From Hyalangium minutum (lineage in GTDB: Bacteria > Myxococcota > Myxococcia > Myxococcales > Myxococcaceae), in the NCBI RefSeq assembly GCF_000737315.1, contig NZ_JMCB01000028.1, positions 124,001 to 188,000 of the forward strand: DNA of 64,000 nt. The letters are read 5' to 3'. Shown here in pieces: positions 1 to 8,734 of this stretch. The translations under genes were made by a program, and so were the position numbers. The stretch's first letter is position 1; the number at the start of each line of letters is the position of its first letter. The notes under the pieces are model-generated. The model saw only the letters and a program-made list of their open reading frames with translations. It was not told the origin of the DNA and searched no databases.

Positions 1-1
1 G

Positions 2-2305
2 GCGGGCTTCGTGGGGGTCTCCCCGGCGGTGAGCGTCACGGTGAACAACGACGTGACGCCGCCCACCGTGGCCTTCGCCGCGCCGGCCGCGGGCGCCACC
101 GTGTCGGGCACCCTCACCCTCAACGTGACGGCGACCGACAACGTGGGCGTCACCAAGGTGGAGTTCTATGACGGCGCCACCCTGCTGGCCACGGATGCCA
201 CCTCGCCGTACACCTTCTCGTGGGCCACGCGAACGGTGCCCAATGGCACCCACGTCCTCACCGCGAAGGGCTACGACAGCTCGGGCAACGTCGGCACGGT
301 GGAGCGGACGGTGACGATCGACAACGACTTCACCCCGCCCACGGCCACCGTCACCGCTCCGGCCGAGGGCGCCTCGGTGAGCGGAACGGTGGCGTTCACG
401 GCCACGGCCACGGACGACCGGTCCACCCTCTCCAGGGTGGAGTTCTACCTGGACGGCACCCTGCTCGGCACCGACACCTCGGCGCCGTTCAGCATCAACT
501 ACAACACCCGGCTCCAGGCCAACGGCGTCAAGGTGCTCACCGCCAAGGCCTATGATTCGTGGAGCAACGTGGGCACCTCGGCCCCGGTGAGTGTCACGTT
601 CGACAACGACTTCACCCCGCCCACCGTCACGCTCACCGCGCCCACCGAGGGCACCTCGCTGATCGGCACGATCATCCTCTCGGCCACGGCCGCGGATGAA
701 CGGTCGGCCATGTCACGGGTGGAGTTCTACCTGGGCACCACCCTGATCGGCTCCGACAGCTCGGCGCCGTACAGCATCAACTACAACACCCGCCAACAGG
801 CCAACGGCGCCAAGGTGCTCACCGCCAAGGCCTATGATGCGGTGGGCAACGCCGGTACCTCCGTGCCGGTGAACGTGGTGATCGACAACGACTACGCCGC
901 GCCCACCGTGGCGGTCACGGGCCTCGCGGAGGGAGCGGCGCTGACGGGCACCCTCACGTTCACGGCTACGGCCACGGATGAGCGGTCGACCCTGTCCCGG
1001 GTGGACTTCTACGCGGACACCACGCTGATCGGCTCCGACACCACCTCGCCGTACAGCATCAGCTACAACACCCGCCAGCTGGCCAACGGCGCCAAGGTGA
1101 TCACCGCGAAGGCCTATGACACGTGGAACAACGTGGGGACTTCCGCGCCGGTGAACGTGACGTTCGACAATGACTTCGCAGCACCCACGGTGGCACTCAC
1201 CAGCCCCACCGACGGGGCCCCCGTGAGCGACACCCTCACCCTCTCGGCCACCGCCAGCGACGACCGGAGCACCGTCTCCAAGGTGGAGTTCTACGTGGGC
1301 AACACCTTGATCGGCTACGACACCACGTCGCCGTACAGCCTCAGCTACAACACGCGCCTCCAGACAACCAACGGCGCCAAGGTGCTCACCGCCAAGGCCT
1401 ATGACTCATGGAACAACGTGAGCATCTCGGCGCCGGTGAACGTGACGTTCGACAATGACTTCGTCGCCCCCGCGGTGACGCTCACCCTCCCTGCCGAGGG
1501 CTCCACGGTGAGCGAGACGCTCACCCTCTCGGCCACGGCCAGCGACGACAAGACCGCCATCTCCAAGGTGGAGTTCTACGTGGGCACGAGCCGGCTGGCG
1601 ACCGTCACCACGCCCCCGTACACGTACAGCTACAACACGCGCCTGCTCGCCAACGGCGCCAAGGTGCTCACCGCCAAGGCCTATGACGCGTGGAACAATG
1701 TGGGTACCTCGGCGGCGGTCAACGTCACGTTCGACAACGACTTCACCGGACCTACGGTGGCGCTCACCGAGCCATCTGAAGGAGCCACACTGCGCGACAC
1801 GGTCACCTTCTCGGCCACGGCCAGCGACGACAGGACCGCCGTCTCCAAGGTGGAGTTCTACGTGGGCACGAGCCGGCTGGCGACCGTCACCACGGCCCCC
1901 TACACCTACAGCTACAACACCCGCCTGCTCGCCAATGGCGCCAAGGTGCTCACCGCCAAGGCCTATGACGCGTGGAACAACGTGACGACCTCGGCGGCGG
2001 TCAACGTGACGTTCGACAACGACTTCACCGCGCCCACCGCCTCCGTCACCTCTCCGGCGAACGGCGCCACGGTCTCAGGCGTGGTGCCGATCACCTGCGC
2101 CGCGAGCGACAACTGGGGCGTCATCTCCAAGGTGGAGATCTACACGAACAGCACGTTGCTGGGCACCGTCACCACCGCGCCGTACACCGTGAACTGGGAC
2201 ACGACCAAGGCGGTGACGACCAACTGGCCCGTGCGGTGCCGCGCGTTCGACCCGGCTGGCAACTCGGCGTACAGCCCCAGCGTCACGGTCACCGTGACCC
2301 GCTGA
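2..2305 (+). CDS. C-terminal part of a large secreted protein with 8 tandem bacterial Ig-like (Big_7-type) domains; 5' end lies outside the window
   Basis: Frame is open from the window edge. Eight ~97-aa repeats begin (D/N)ND(F/Y/V)xxPT(V/A) and contain VEFYxGxTLxxxDTxxPYS and LTAKAYDxxxNV. Confidence 0.85.
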   Translation, partial: AGFVGVSPAVSVTVNNDVTPPTVAFAAPAAGATVSGTLTLNVTATDNVGVTKVEFYDGATLLATDATSPYTFSWATRTVPNGTHVLTAKGYDSSGNVGTVERTVTIDNDFTPPTATVTAPAEGASVSGTVAFTATATDDRSTLSRVEFYLDGTLLGTDTSAPFSINYNTRLQANGVKVLTAKAYDSWSNVGTSAPVSVTFDNDFTPPTVTLTAPTEGTSLIGTIILSATAADERSAMSRVEFYLGTTLIGSDSSAPYSINYNTRQQANGAKVLTAKAYDAVGNAGTSVPVNVVIDNDYAAPTVAVTGLAEGAALTGTLTFTATATDERSTLSRVDFYADTTLIGSDTTSPYSISYNTRQLANGAKVITAKAYDTWNNVGTSAPVNVTFDNDFAAPTVALTSPTDGAPVSDTLTLSATASDDRSTVSKVEFYVGNTLIGYDTTSPYSLSYNTRLQTTNGAKVLTAKAYDSWNNVSISAPVNVTFDNDFVAPAVTLTLPAEGSTVSETLTLSATASDDKTAISKVEFYVGTSRLATVTTPPYTYSYNTRLLANGAKVLTAKAYDAWNNVGTSAAVNVTFDNDFTGPTVALTEPSEGATLRDTVTFSATASDDRTAVSKVEFYVGTSRLATVTTAPYTYSYNTRLLANGAKVLTAKAYDAWNNVTTSAAVNVTFDNDFTAPTASVTSPANGATVSGVVPITCAASDNWGVISKVEIYTNSTLLGTVTTAPYTVNWDTTKAVTTNWPVRCRAFDPAGNSAYSPSVTVTVTR

Positions 2306-2318
2306 GAGGACCTGGAAT

Positions 2319-2353
2319 ACCGGTGGTGGCCGCCGTCACACGCCACCCCCGGT
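2319..2353. terminator. GC-rich hairpin between convergent genes (possible bidirectional terminator)
   Basis: ACCGGTGGTGGC (2319-2330) pairs imperfectly with GCCACCCCCGGT (2342-2353); no U-tract. Confidence 0.35.
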
Positions 2354-2373
2354 GATGCCACTCCCCGGGCGGC

Positions 2374-2946
2374 TCAGTGCATGGAGGGCCGCTCCGCCTC
2401 CATGCCTGCGGCCTTTCCGATGCGCGGGGCGATGCCCTCGTCGATCTGCCGGAGCAGCGCCTTGCAGAAGGCCGGCAGGTCGTCCGGCTTGCGCGAGGTG
2501 ATGAGGTTGCCGTCCTCCACCACCTCGCGGTCCACCCAATTCGCGCCCGCGTTCATCAGGTCCTTCTTGATGGAGGGCCAGGACGTCACCGTCCGGCCGT
2601 CCGCGATGTCCGCCTCGGCCAGCATCCATCCCGCGTGGCAGATGGCCGCGATGGGCTTGTCCTGCGAGGAGAACTCCTGGACCAGGTTCACCACGTCCTC
2701 GTCCATCCGCAGGTGGTCCGGCGAATAGCCGCCGGGGATGACCAGCGCATCGAAGTCATCCGCGGAGACCTCGGCGGCGGCCTTCTCGGAGGTGATGGTC
2801 TCCTTGCCCTTCTTGCCCTTGAGCTGCTTGCCCGCCTTGCTGCTGACGATGACGGCCTCGTGGCCCGCCTGCTTCACCTGGTCAAACGGCACGCGAAACT
2901 CAGAGTCCTCGAAGTCCGAGGCGACGATGAACATGATCCGAGCCAT
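2374..2946 (-). CDS. pfpI: PfpI/DJ-1 family type 1 glutamine amidotransferase-like protein (protease/deglycase)
   Basis: MARIMFIVASDFEDSE start with GGAGG RBS; DALVIPGG, AAICHAG nucleophile elbow, GNLITSRKPDDL. Confidence 0.9.
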   Translation of the reverse strand: MARIMFIVASDFEDSEFRVPFDQVKQAGHEAVIVSSKAGKQLKGKKGKETITSEKAAAEVSADDFDALVIPGGYSPDHLRMDEDVVNLVQEFSSQDKPIAAICHAGWMLAEADIADGRTVTSWPSIKKDLMNAGANWVDREVVEDGNLITSRKPDDLPAFCKALLRQIDEGIAPRIGKAAGMEAERPSMH

Positions 2947-3088
2947 GGTTCCTCCTGCAAGAGTGGCGGGAGCGCCTCTCCCGTCCAGTGCAAGGTGTCC
3001 ACGCGCGGTGTGCTGACAACGGGCGCCCCTCGGTGCGGCGGGCAGTGCCACGGCTGCATGCCTGCTCCTCCTCCAGGAGGAGGTCAGC

Positions 3089-4729
3089 TCATCGCGAGGG
3101 AGAGGGCCACGGGATGACGCCCAGCTCGTCGGCAGCGAGGAGGTACTCGCCTATCAGACGTCCCTGCGCGGCGATGCGGTGGGGCGTGGAGATCCCCGCG
3201 AGCACCTCGCGTCCCCGGTCTCTCCAGGCCGCCTCCCCCGTCAGCGTGTGGAGTGCGGCCAGGAAGCGCGCTGCCCCCACGTTCTGGGCAAAGGGGCGGT
3301 CCCGCCGTGCGAAGACTCCCACCGCATCCGCGTCGGGAGTGGCCTCGTAGAGCGCCCCACCCTCCGGCGCCGCGAAGTCTTTCACGAGCCGCGCGCCCAT
3401 CTGCAGCGCGGCCTCACGGTAGCGGGCCTCTCCGGTCCGCTGGGCCAGCAGCGCCAGTGCTCTCCCGAGTGCCGCCGCGTCTCCCAGGTAGCGCGAGCCG
3501 GAGCGGTGAGAGGCCTCACGCCATACCTTGCCTTCCTCACGGACATGGCTGGTCAGCAGGACGTCCGCGGCCTTTCGGGCCCGCGCGAGGAGCTCGGGGT
3601 CGCCCGTCACCTCATGGAGCGCGAGCAGCGCGGAGATCGCCAGCCCGTTCTCGCGGGAGTACACGTGGGTGTCCACCCAGGGCAGCCCAAGCGCGCGCCG
3701 CCCCGCCTCGTCCTTCGCGTAGTACACGTGGCCGTCGACGAAGGGGATGCTCCGGTCATGCGAGCCCACGTCCGCATCCTGGTTCGTATAGAAGGTGCCA
3801 TCCGGCGCGCCCAGGAAGGTCTCCATGTACCGGGCGATAGCGCGGGCCTCGGCAAGCACCGCGTCATCCTTTGTCAGCGCCCAAGCGCGGGCATATGCCT
3901 CCACGTTGGGTGCCTGCTGCCCCATGAGCTTCTCGTAGTGCTGCGCGTTCCAGTGCCGGGCGGCCGAGTACTGGTAGACGCCGCCCCACACCGGATCGTG
4001 GATGGGGCGCTGATGGGCCAGGGTGAACACCACCCGCTCGCGTGCCTGACGGTCTCCCCTCGCGGCGCGCCGCACCTCGAGCTCGAGGTTTTCTCCAATG
4101 GGCACCTTCTGGAACGCGCCCCAGCTGCCCTCGCGCTCGTCATAGGTGGCATCCATGCGCTGGAGCGCGGAAGCGGCCGCCCACGGGAGCATGCCGGGGG
4201 TGGCCGGCACATCCACCGGCAGCGTGGTGGCGGCCTCCTGTTTCTCCCGTGCCAGTGCCTCGACGCTCCGGAGCAGCTCGAGGAACCGGTCCGCGGGGAG
4301 ATAGCCGCGGTACTTGCCAATCTCCTCGGCCTCGGGGCTGAGGAGGATGGTGGCGGGCCAGCCATAGTCCGACCAGCGCTCGGCGAGATCCGGGCGCGAG
4401 TCCACGTCCACGCGGATGGTGACGAAGCGCTCGTGGAGGATCCGGCCTACCTCGGCGTCTCGGTAGGTCGTCTCGTCCATCACGTGGCACCAGTGGCACC
4501 ACTCGGCGGCACCATCGATGAGCACGTAGCGCCCCTCGCGCCTGGCACGGGCGAAGGCCTCGGGGCCGTACTCCTCCCAGGTGAAGGCTTGGGCCAGGCC
4601 TTTCTCCCGGGCATGGACGATGTTCACCTGGGAAGGAGTCCCCTCGCGGACGAGCCCCCCAGGGCCGGTGGACGTGCGGCAGGCGGCGGTCATGAGCAGC
4701 AGCAGGGTCGAGCAGAGCCGGAAGTTCAC
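3089..4729 (-). CDS. DUF255/thioredoxin-domain lipoprotein with C-terminal (alpha/alpha)6 domain (YyaL/SPATA20-like)
   Basis: AEWCHWCHVMDETTY, FVTIRVDVDSRPDL, GWPAT, GGVYQY, HYEKL. GTG start chosen for the lipobox-like MTAAC; the ORF-track extension to 5917 is a shadow of the next gene. Confidence 0.85.
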   Translation of the reverse strand: MNFRLCSTLLLLMTAACRTSTGPGGLVREGTPSQVNIVHAREKGLAQAFTWEEYGPEAFARARREGRYVLIDGAAEWCHWCHVMDETTYRDAEVGRILHERFVTIRVDVDSRPDLAERWSDYGWPATILLSPEAEEIGKYRGYLPADRFLELLRSVEALAREKQEAATTLPVDVPATPGMLPWAAASALQRMDATYDEREGSWGAFQKVPIGENLELEVRRAARGDRQARERVVFTLAHQRPIHDPVWGGVYQYSAARHWNAQHYEKLMGQQAPNVEAYARAWALTKDDAVLAEARAIARYMETFLGAPDGTFYTNQDADVGSHDRSIPFVDGHVYYAKDEAGRRALGLPWVDTHVYSRENGLAISALLALHEVTGDPELLARARKAADVLLTSHVREEGKVWREASHRSGSRYLGDAAALGRALALLAQRTGEARYREAALQMGARLVKDFAAPEGGALYEATPDADAVGVFARRDRPFAQNVGAARFLAALHTLTGEAAWRDRGREVLAGISTPHRIAAQGRLIGEYLLAADELGVIPWPSPSR

Positions 4730-4840
4730 GAGGCCAGAATACGGGAGAGCCGCTCGAACGGTTTCATGGGGCGTTCGTCGCCCGACGATCTCCTTTGAGT
4801 CCGATGGCGGGAGGCCTCCCCCGCAGACATATGAAGGGGC

Positions 4841-5998
4841 ATGCGCCTCCCCCACCCGGTCCTCCTGGTTGCCCTGGCCGTGCTCGCTGTCACCGCTTCC
4901 GGCTGCCGCAAGGCCCAGGCGCAAGCGCCCTACTGCCTCCGGGTAGCGGACGGATGGGGACCGGATGGGACGGTGCCCTTCACGGTGGACATCGTCGCGG
5001 AGGGTCTCGAGGTTCCCTGGGGCATCGCGTTCCTCCCGGGCGGGGATGCGCTCGTCACCGAGCGGCCGGGCCGCGTGCGCCTGCTCCGAGGCGGGGTGTT
5101 GCAGTCGCAGCCGGTGGCCACCCTCCCCATCGCCAGCAGCAGCGAGGGCGGCCTGCTCGGCATCGCCGCGCACCCGGACTTCGCCAGCAACCGCCAGTTC
5201 TACCTCTATGTGACGACTGCGGCGGGCGGCCCCCCCGAGAACCGCGTGGAGCGCTGGACGCTCTCGGAGGACCACGCCTCGGCCACCTTCGAGCGCGTCA
5301 TCTTCGGCGGCATCCCCTCTGCCACGTACCATGACGGTGGGCGGCTGCGCTTCGGGCCGGATGGGATGCTCTACGTGGGCACCGGCGACGCGCGCGAGCC
5401 CAGCCTTGCTCAGAACGCACAGAGCCCCTCGGGCAAGCTGCTCCGCCTCACGCCGGACGGGCAGGTGCCCGCGGACAATCCCTTTCCAGGCTCGCCCGTG
5501 TTCCTCCTGGGCGTGCGCAACACCCAGGGCTGGGACTGGAAGGATCGCGACACGCTCTACCTCACGGACCACGGGCCCAGCGGCGAGCTGATGCGCCGAG
5601 CGCACGATGAGGTCAATCTGGCCCGCGCGGGCGACAACCTGGGCTGGCCGGAGATCTACAGCTGCGAGGCACGCGAGGGAATGGTAACGCCGTCGCTCAC
5701 CTTTGGTGACGCCATGCCTCCGGGAGGGGCCTCGCTCTACACCGGCGATGCCATCCCCGAGTGGAAGGGCTCGCTGCTCATCGGCACGCTGGGCTCCCAA
5801 CACCTGCACCGCGTGATGTTCGACGCGAAGGATCCCCGCGTGGTCGCGAAGCATGAGGTGTACCTGCGCGACACCCATGGCCGGCTGCGTGACGTCCTCA
5901 TGGGCCCGGATGGGCACCTCTACGTCACCACCAGCAACTGCGATGGACGCGGCGACTGCGGCGCCAGCAAGGACCGCATCCTCCGGCTGAGGCGCTGA
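4841..5998 (+). CDS. PQQ-dependent sugar dehydrogenase (glucose/sorbosone dehydrogenase family), lipoprotein
   Basis: GLEVPWGIAFLPGG, EGGLLGIAAHPDF, HDGGRLRFGPDGMLY, GVRNTQG, GRLRDV..GPDG; lipobox TASGC. Confidence 0.9.
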   Translation: MRLPHPVLLVALAVLAVTASGCRKAQAQAPYCLRVADGWGPDGTVPFTVDIVAEGLEVPWGIAFLPGGDALVTERPGRVRLLRGGVLQSQPVATLPIASSSEGGLLGIAAHPDFASNRQFYLYVTTAAGGPPENRVERWTLSEDHASATFERVIFGGIPSATYHDGGRLRFGPDGMLYVGTGDAREPSLAQNAQSPSGKLLRLTPDGQVPADNPFPGSPVFLLGVRNTQGWDWKDRDTLYLTDHGPSGELMRRAHDEVNLARAGDNLGWPEIYSCEAREGMVTPSLTFGDAMPPGGASLYTGDAIPEWKGSLLIGTLGSQHLHRVMFDAKDPRVVAKHEVYLRDTHGRLRDVLMGPDGHLYVTTSNCDGRGDCGASKDRILRLRR

Positions 5999-6017
5999 GG
6001 CCGCTGCACGCCCGCTG

Positions 6018-6056
6018 AAAGAAAAGCCCCTCCCTCGCTCGAAGCGAAGGAGGGGC
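6018..6056 (-). terminator. Rho-independent terminator of the 6085-6912 gene
   Basis: Stem GCCCCTCC (6026-6033)/GGAGGGGC (6049-6056) with an inner extension, followed on the minus strand by TTTTCTTT. Confidence 0.75.
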
Positions 6057-6084
6057 GAAGGGACTCACTCCGGAGCGGGGTGGA

Positions 6085-6912
6085 CTACCCGGCGATGGTG
6101 CCGCGGAACAGCTCCAGCGCGGGGCGGGTGTTCAGGGGCTGGTTGAGGCCCGGGGGCAGCGGCCGCGACGGGAGCGGCAGGGTGGGCACCGGGTAGGGGC
6201 CCCACTTGTCCTGGTCGCCCTTCAGGTTGTGGAAGGAGATGTTGCCGTCCGCCACATGCTGCATGAAGTTCGTCACCATGTCGCCGAGCCAGCCGCCGAA
6301 GTCCCCGCGCACGTCCGCGATCTGCTCCTGCTGATCCAGCAGGCCGGTGGCCTCGTTCGCGGTGATGTTGCCGTTGGCGCGGCCGTTGGCGATCCGGTCG
6401 ATCTGCGCCGCCTGCGTCTGGGCGCCGGAGTCCCAGCGGGCGCCCAGGTCGCGCTGCCCGTTGTGGCCGGCCTGGTAGATGCTCAGGTCCGCCTGCGCCT
6501 GCATCGCGCGCAGCTGGAGCTTCTCCGCCGTCGTCAGCTTGCCGTCGGCCATGGCCTTGTCCGTGGCCTTGGAGATGCTCTCCTGCTGCTGCAACAGGCG
6601 CTCTGCCTCCTGCGAGGTGATGGAGCCGTTGCGCACGCCCTCGGCGATGTCATGCAGCTGGCGGCCCTGGGTGCGGCCGTCCGCATCGCCCGGACGGGGG
6701 AACGGCAGCGGGAACGGGATCGACGGGTGCTGCGGAGCCGGGAAGCAACCGCCGGGGCCGATGCCGCAGCGGAACTCGTCGCGGAGCTGGCCCGGCAGGG
6801 GCTTGAACTCCGCGGTCTTCAGCGGCGTGAGGGACTTCGGCTCGACAGCGGACTTCGAGACTTCAGCGCGGGGGGCGACCGGGGTCGCGGCGGCGGCAGA
6901 GGTGAGACGCAT
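6085..6912 (-). CDS. Hypothetical protein with two helical 'QxxxIxxGxxNGxITxxEAxxLLxQQxxI' repeats and Pro-rich ends
   Basis: Start MRLTSAAA follows an AAAGGAG RBS; repeats QLHDIAEGVRNGSITSQEAERLLQQQESI and QIDRIANGRANGNITANEATGLLDQQEQI. Confidence 0.7.
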   Translation of the reverse strand: MRLTSAAAATPVAPRAEVSKSAVEPKSLTPLKTAEFKPLPGQLRDEFRCGIGPGGCFPAPQHPSIPFPLPFPRPGDADGRTQGRQLHDIAEGVRNGSITSQEAERLLQQQESISKATDKAMADGKLTTAEKLQLRAMQAQADLSIYQAGHNGQRDLGARWDSGAQTQAAQIDRIANGRANGNITANEATGLLDQQEQIADVRGDFGGWLGDMVTNFMQHVADGNISFHNLKGDQDKWGPYPVPTLPLPSRPLPPGLNQPLNTRPALELFRGTIAG

Positions 6913-6973
6913 GATGAAGCTCCTTTTTTTCGAGTGCCCGGCCGAGGCGGCCGGTGCGTATGCCAACCCCTTT

Positions 6974-6989
6974 TGCAGCCCCCGTGCCG
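6974..6989 (-). promoter_or_regulatory. sigma54 (-24/-12) promoter motif for the 6085-6912 gene
   Basis: Minus strand reads CGGCACGGGGGCTGCA: GG-N10-GC, close to consensus TGGCACG-N4-TTGCW, about 60 nt upstream of the ATG. Confidence 0.6.
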
Positions 6990-7144
6990 CGGCCGCGCGC
7001 GAAGGGGGTGCACCCGAAACTCTCAAGGGCTTCAAGGGTTTGCGAGGGAGCGGAGGCCCGAGGGTGGTGTCTGGAGTCACCAGAGGGGGGTGGTTACAAC
7101 CGTTACCATGGTGACGGGAGTTTGCTGAGGTAGGGTCTTGCCCC

Positions 7145-8734
7145 GTGGAGATGCCCATCGTCATCGGCCTCATGGTCGTGGCCATCGTCGTGGCCATTGG
7201 CGCCAAGCGCGCCCGGATCCCCTACAACGTCGCGCTGGTGGTAGGCGGGCTCCTCATCTCCATGGGCAACCTGCTGCCCGGGGTGCCTCCGCTGAGTCCG
7301 GAGGTGGTGTTCCTCGTCTGCCTCCCGGCGCTGCTCTTCGAGGGCGGCATCACCGCGGACCTCGGCAACGTGCGCGCCAATGCGGTGCCCATCGCCGTGC
7401 TGGCCACCCTGGGCATGGCGCTGGCCATCAGCGCCACGGCCGCGGCGCTCCACGGGTTCTTGGCGCTGGGCTGGGGACCGGCGCTGCTGCTGGGCTCCAT
7501 CCTCGCGGTGACGGACACGGTCTCCATCCTCTATGCGTTCCGCCGCGCGCCCGTGCCCCAGCGGCTCAGCGGCATCATGCAGGGCGAGAGCCTCTTCAAT
7601 GACGGCACCGCCCTGGTGGCCTACGCCGCCATCGCCTCGGTGGTGGCGGGGGGCCATGCGCCCTCCCTGGGTCTGCTGGCGGGCAAGGTGGTGCTGGCCA
7701 GCGTGGGCGGCGGCGTCATCGGCCTGGCGCTGGGGCTGGTGGCCAGCTTCGTCATCCGCCGCACGGAGGATCCGCTCGCGGAGATCATGGCGACGACGGC
7801 GCTCGCCTTCGCGTCCTTCGCGGCGGCCGAGCATGTGCACCTGTCCGGGGCCATCGCCGCGGTGACGGCGGGGCTCACGGTGGGCGTGGCGCTGCGCCGG
7901 GACGTGGCGCCCCAGAGCCAGGTGGCCATCCACACCTTCTGGGAGTACGCCGCCTTCGGGGTGAACACCTTCCTGTTCCTGTCCGTGGGCCTCACCACCC
8001 GGCCCGAGGTGCTGCTGGAGCACCTGCCGGAGACGGGCATCGCGTTCGGATGCGTCATCGTGGGGCGGGCGGTGGCCATCTACATCCCCTTCCTGCTGCT
8101 GCGCTGGCTGCGGCCGGTGGCCTCCGTGCCCCTCCGCTGGCAGCATGTGTTCCTGGTAGGCAACATCAAGGGCGCGCTCTCCATCGGCCTGGTGCTCGGC
8201 CTCCCGGAGAACACGCCCTCCCGAGACGTGCTGGTGGCCGTGGCCTTCGGCGTCACGTTCTTCTCGCTGGTGGGCCAGGGGCTGCTGCTCAGCGGCGTGC
8301 TGCGGCGCATGGGCCTGCTCGAGCAGGATCCGGTGGCGCTGGATGTGGCGGAGCAGCAGGCGCGGCTGATCGCCAGCCGGGCGGCGCACCATGAGCTGGA
8401 GATACTGCTGGAGCAGGGCGTGGTGCCTCGAGCGGCCTACGAGCACCTGCGCAGCGGCTACCAGGTGAACATCGCTCGGGCGGAGCGCGAGCTGCGGCGG
8501 CTCAACGAACAGCACCTGGCCCAGAGCGCGCGGAGCTTGATTGCCGTGCGGCGCCGGCTGATGGACGCGGAGCGCACGGCCCTGCTGGCGGCCCGGCGCA
8601 ACGGGCTCATTCCGGAGAGCACGGCGGAGGCCATGCTGGCGCGGCTGGACGAGCGGACGCTGGACCTGGAGCACGCGCTGCACCACCACGTGCCGGACAG
8701 CCAGGCGCATGAGGGAGGGAGGAAGGCTTCATGA
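7145..8734 (+). CDS. CPA1-family Na+(K+)/H+ antiporter with ~130-aa cytoplasmic helical tail
   Basis: About 12 hydrophobic segments; LPALLFEGG, AVTDTVSI, QGESLFNDGTA, GNIKGALS; helical tail ending RRRLMDAERTALL..G.IPE. Confidence 0.9.
   Translation: MEMPIVIGLMVVAIVVAIGAKRARIPYNVALVVGGLLISMGNLLPGVPPLSPEVVFLVCLPALLFEGGITADLGNVRANAVPIAVLATLGMALAISATAAALHGFLALGWGPALLLGSILAVTDTVSILYAFRRAPVPQRLSGIMQGESLFNDGTALVAYAAIASVVAGGHAPSLGLLAGKVVLASVGGGVIGLALGLVASFVIRRTEDPLAEIMATTALAFASFAAAEHVHLSGAIAAVTAGLTVGVALRRDVAPQSQVAIHTFWEYAAFGVNTFLFLSVGLTTRPEVLLEHLPETGIAFGCVIVGRAVAIYIPFLLLRWLRPVASVPLRWQHVFLVGNIKGALSIGLVLGLPENTPSRDVLVAVAFGVTFFSLVGQGLLLSGVLRRMGLLEQDPVALDVAEQQARLIASRAAHHELEILLEQGVVPRAAYEHLRSGYQVNIARAERELRRLNEQHLAQSARSLIAVRRRLMDAERTALLAARRNGLIPESTAEAMLARLDERTLDLEHALHHHVPDSQAHEGGRKAS

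Noticed and set aside
3089-5917. 942-aa ORF for the DUF255 protein
   Set aside because: The upstream part is antisense to the PQQ dehydrogenase; recognisable sequence begins near 4729.
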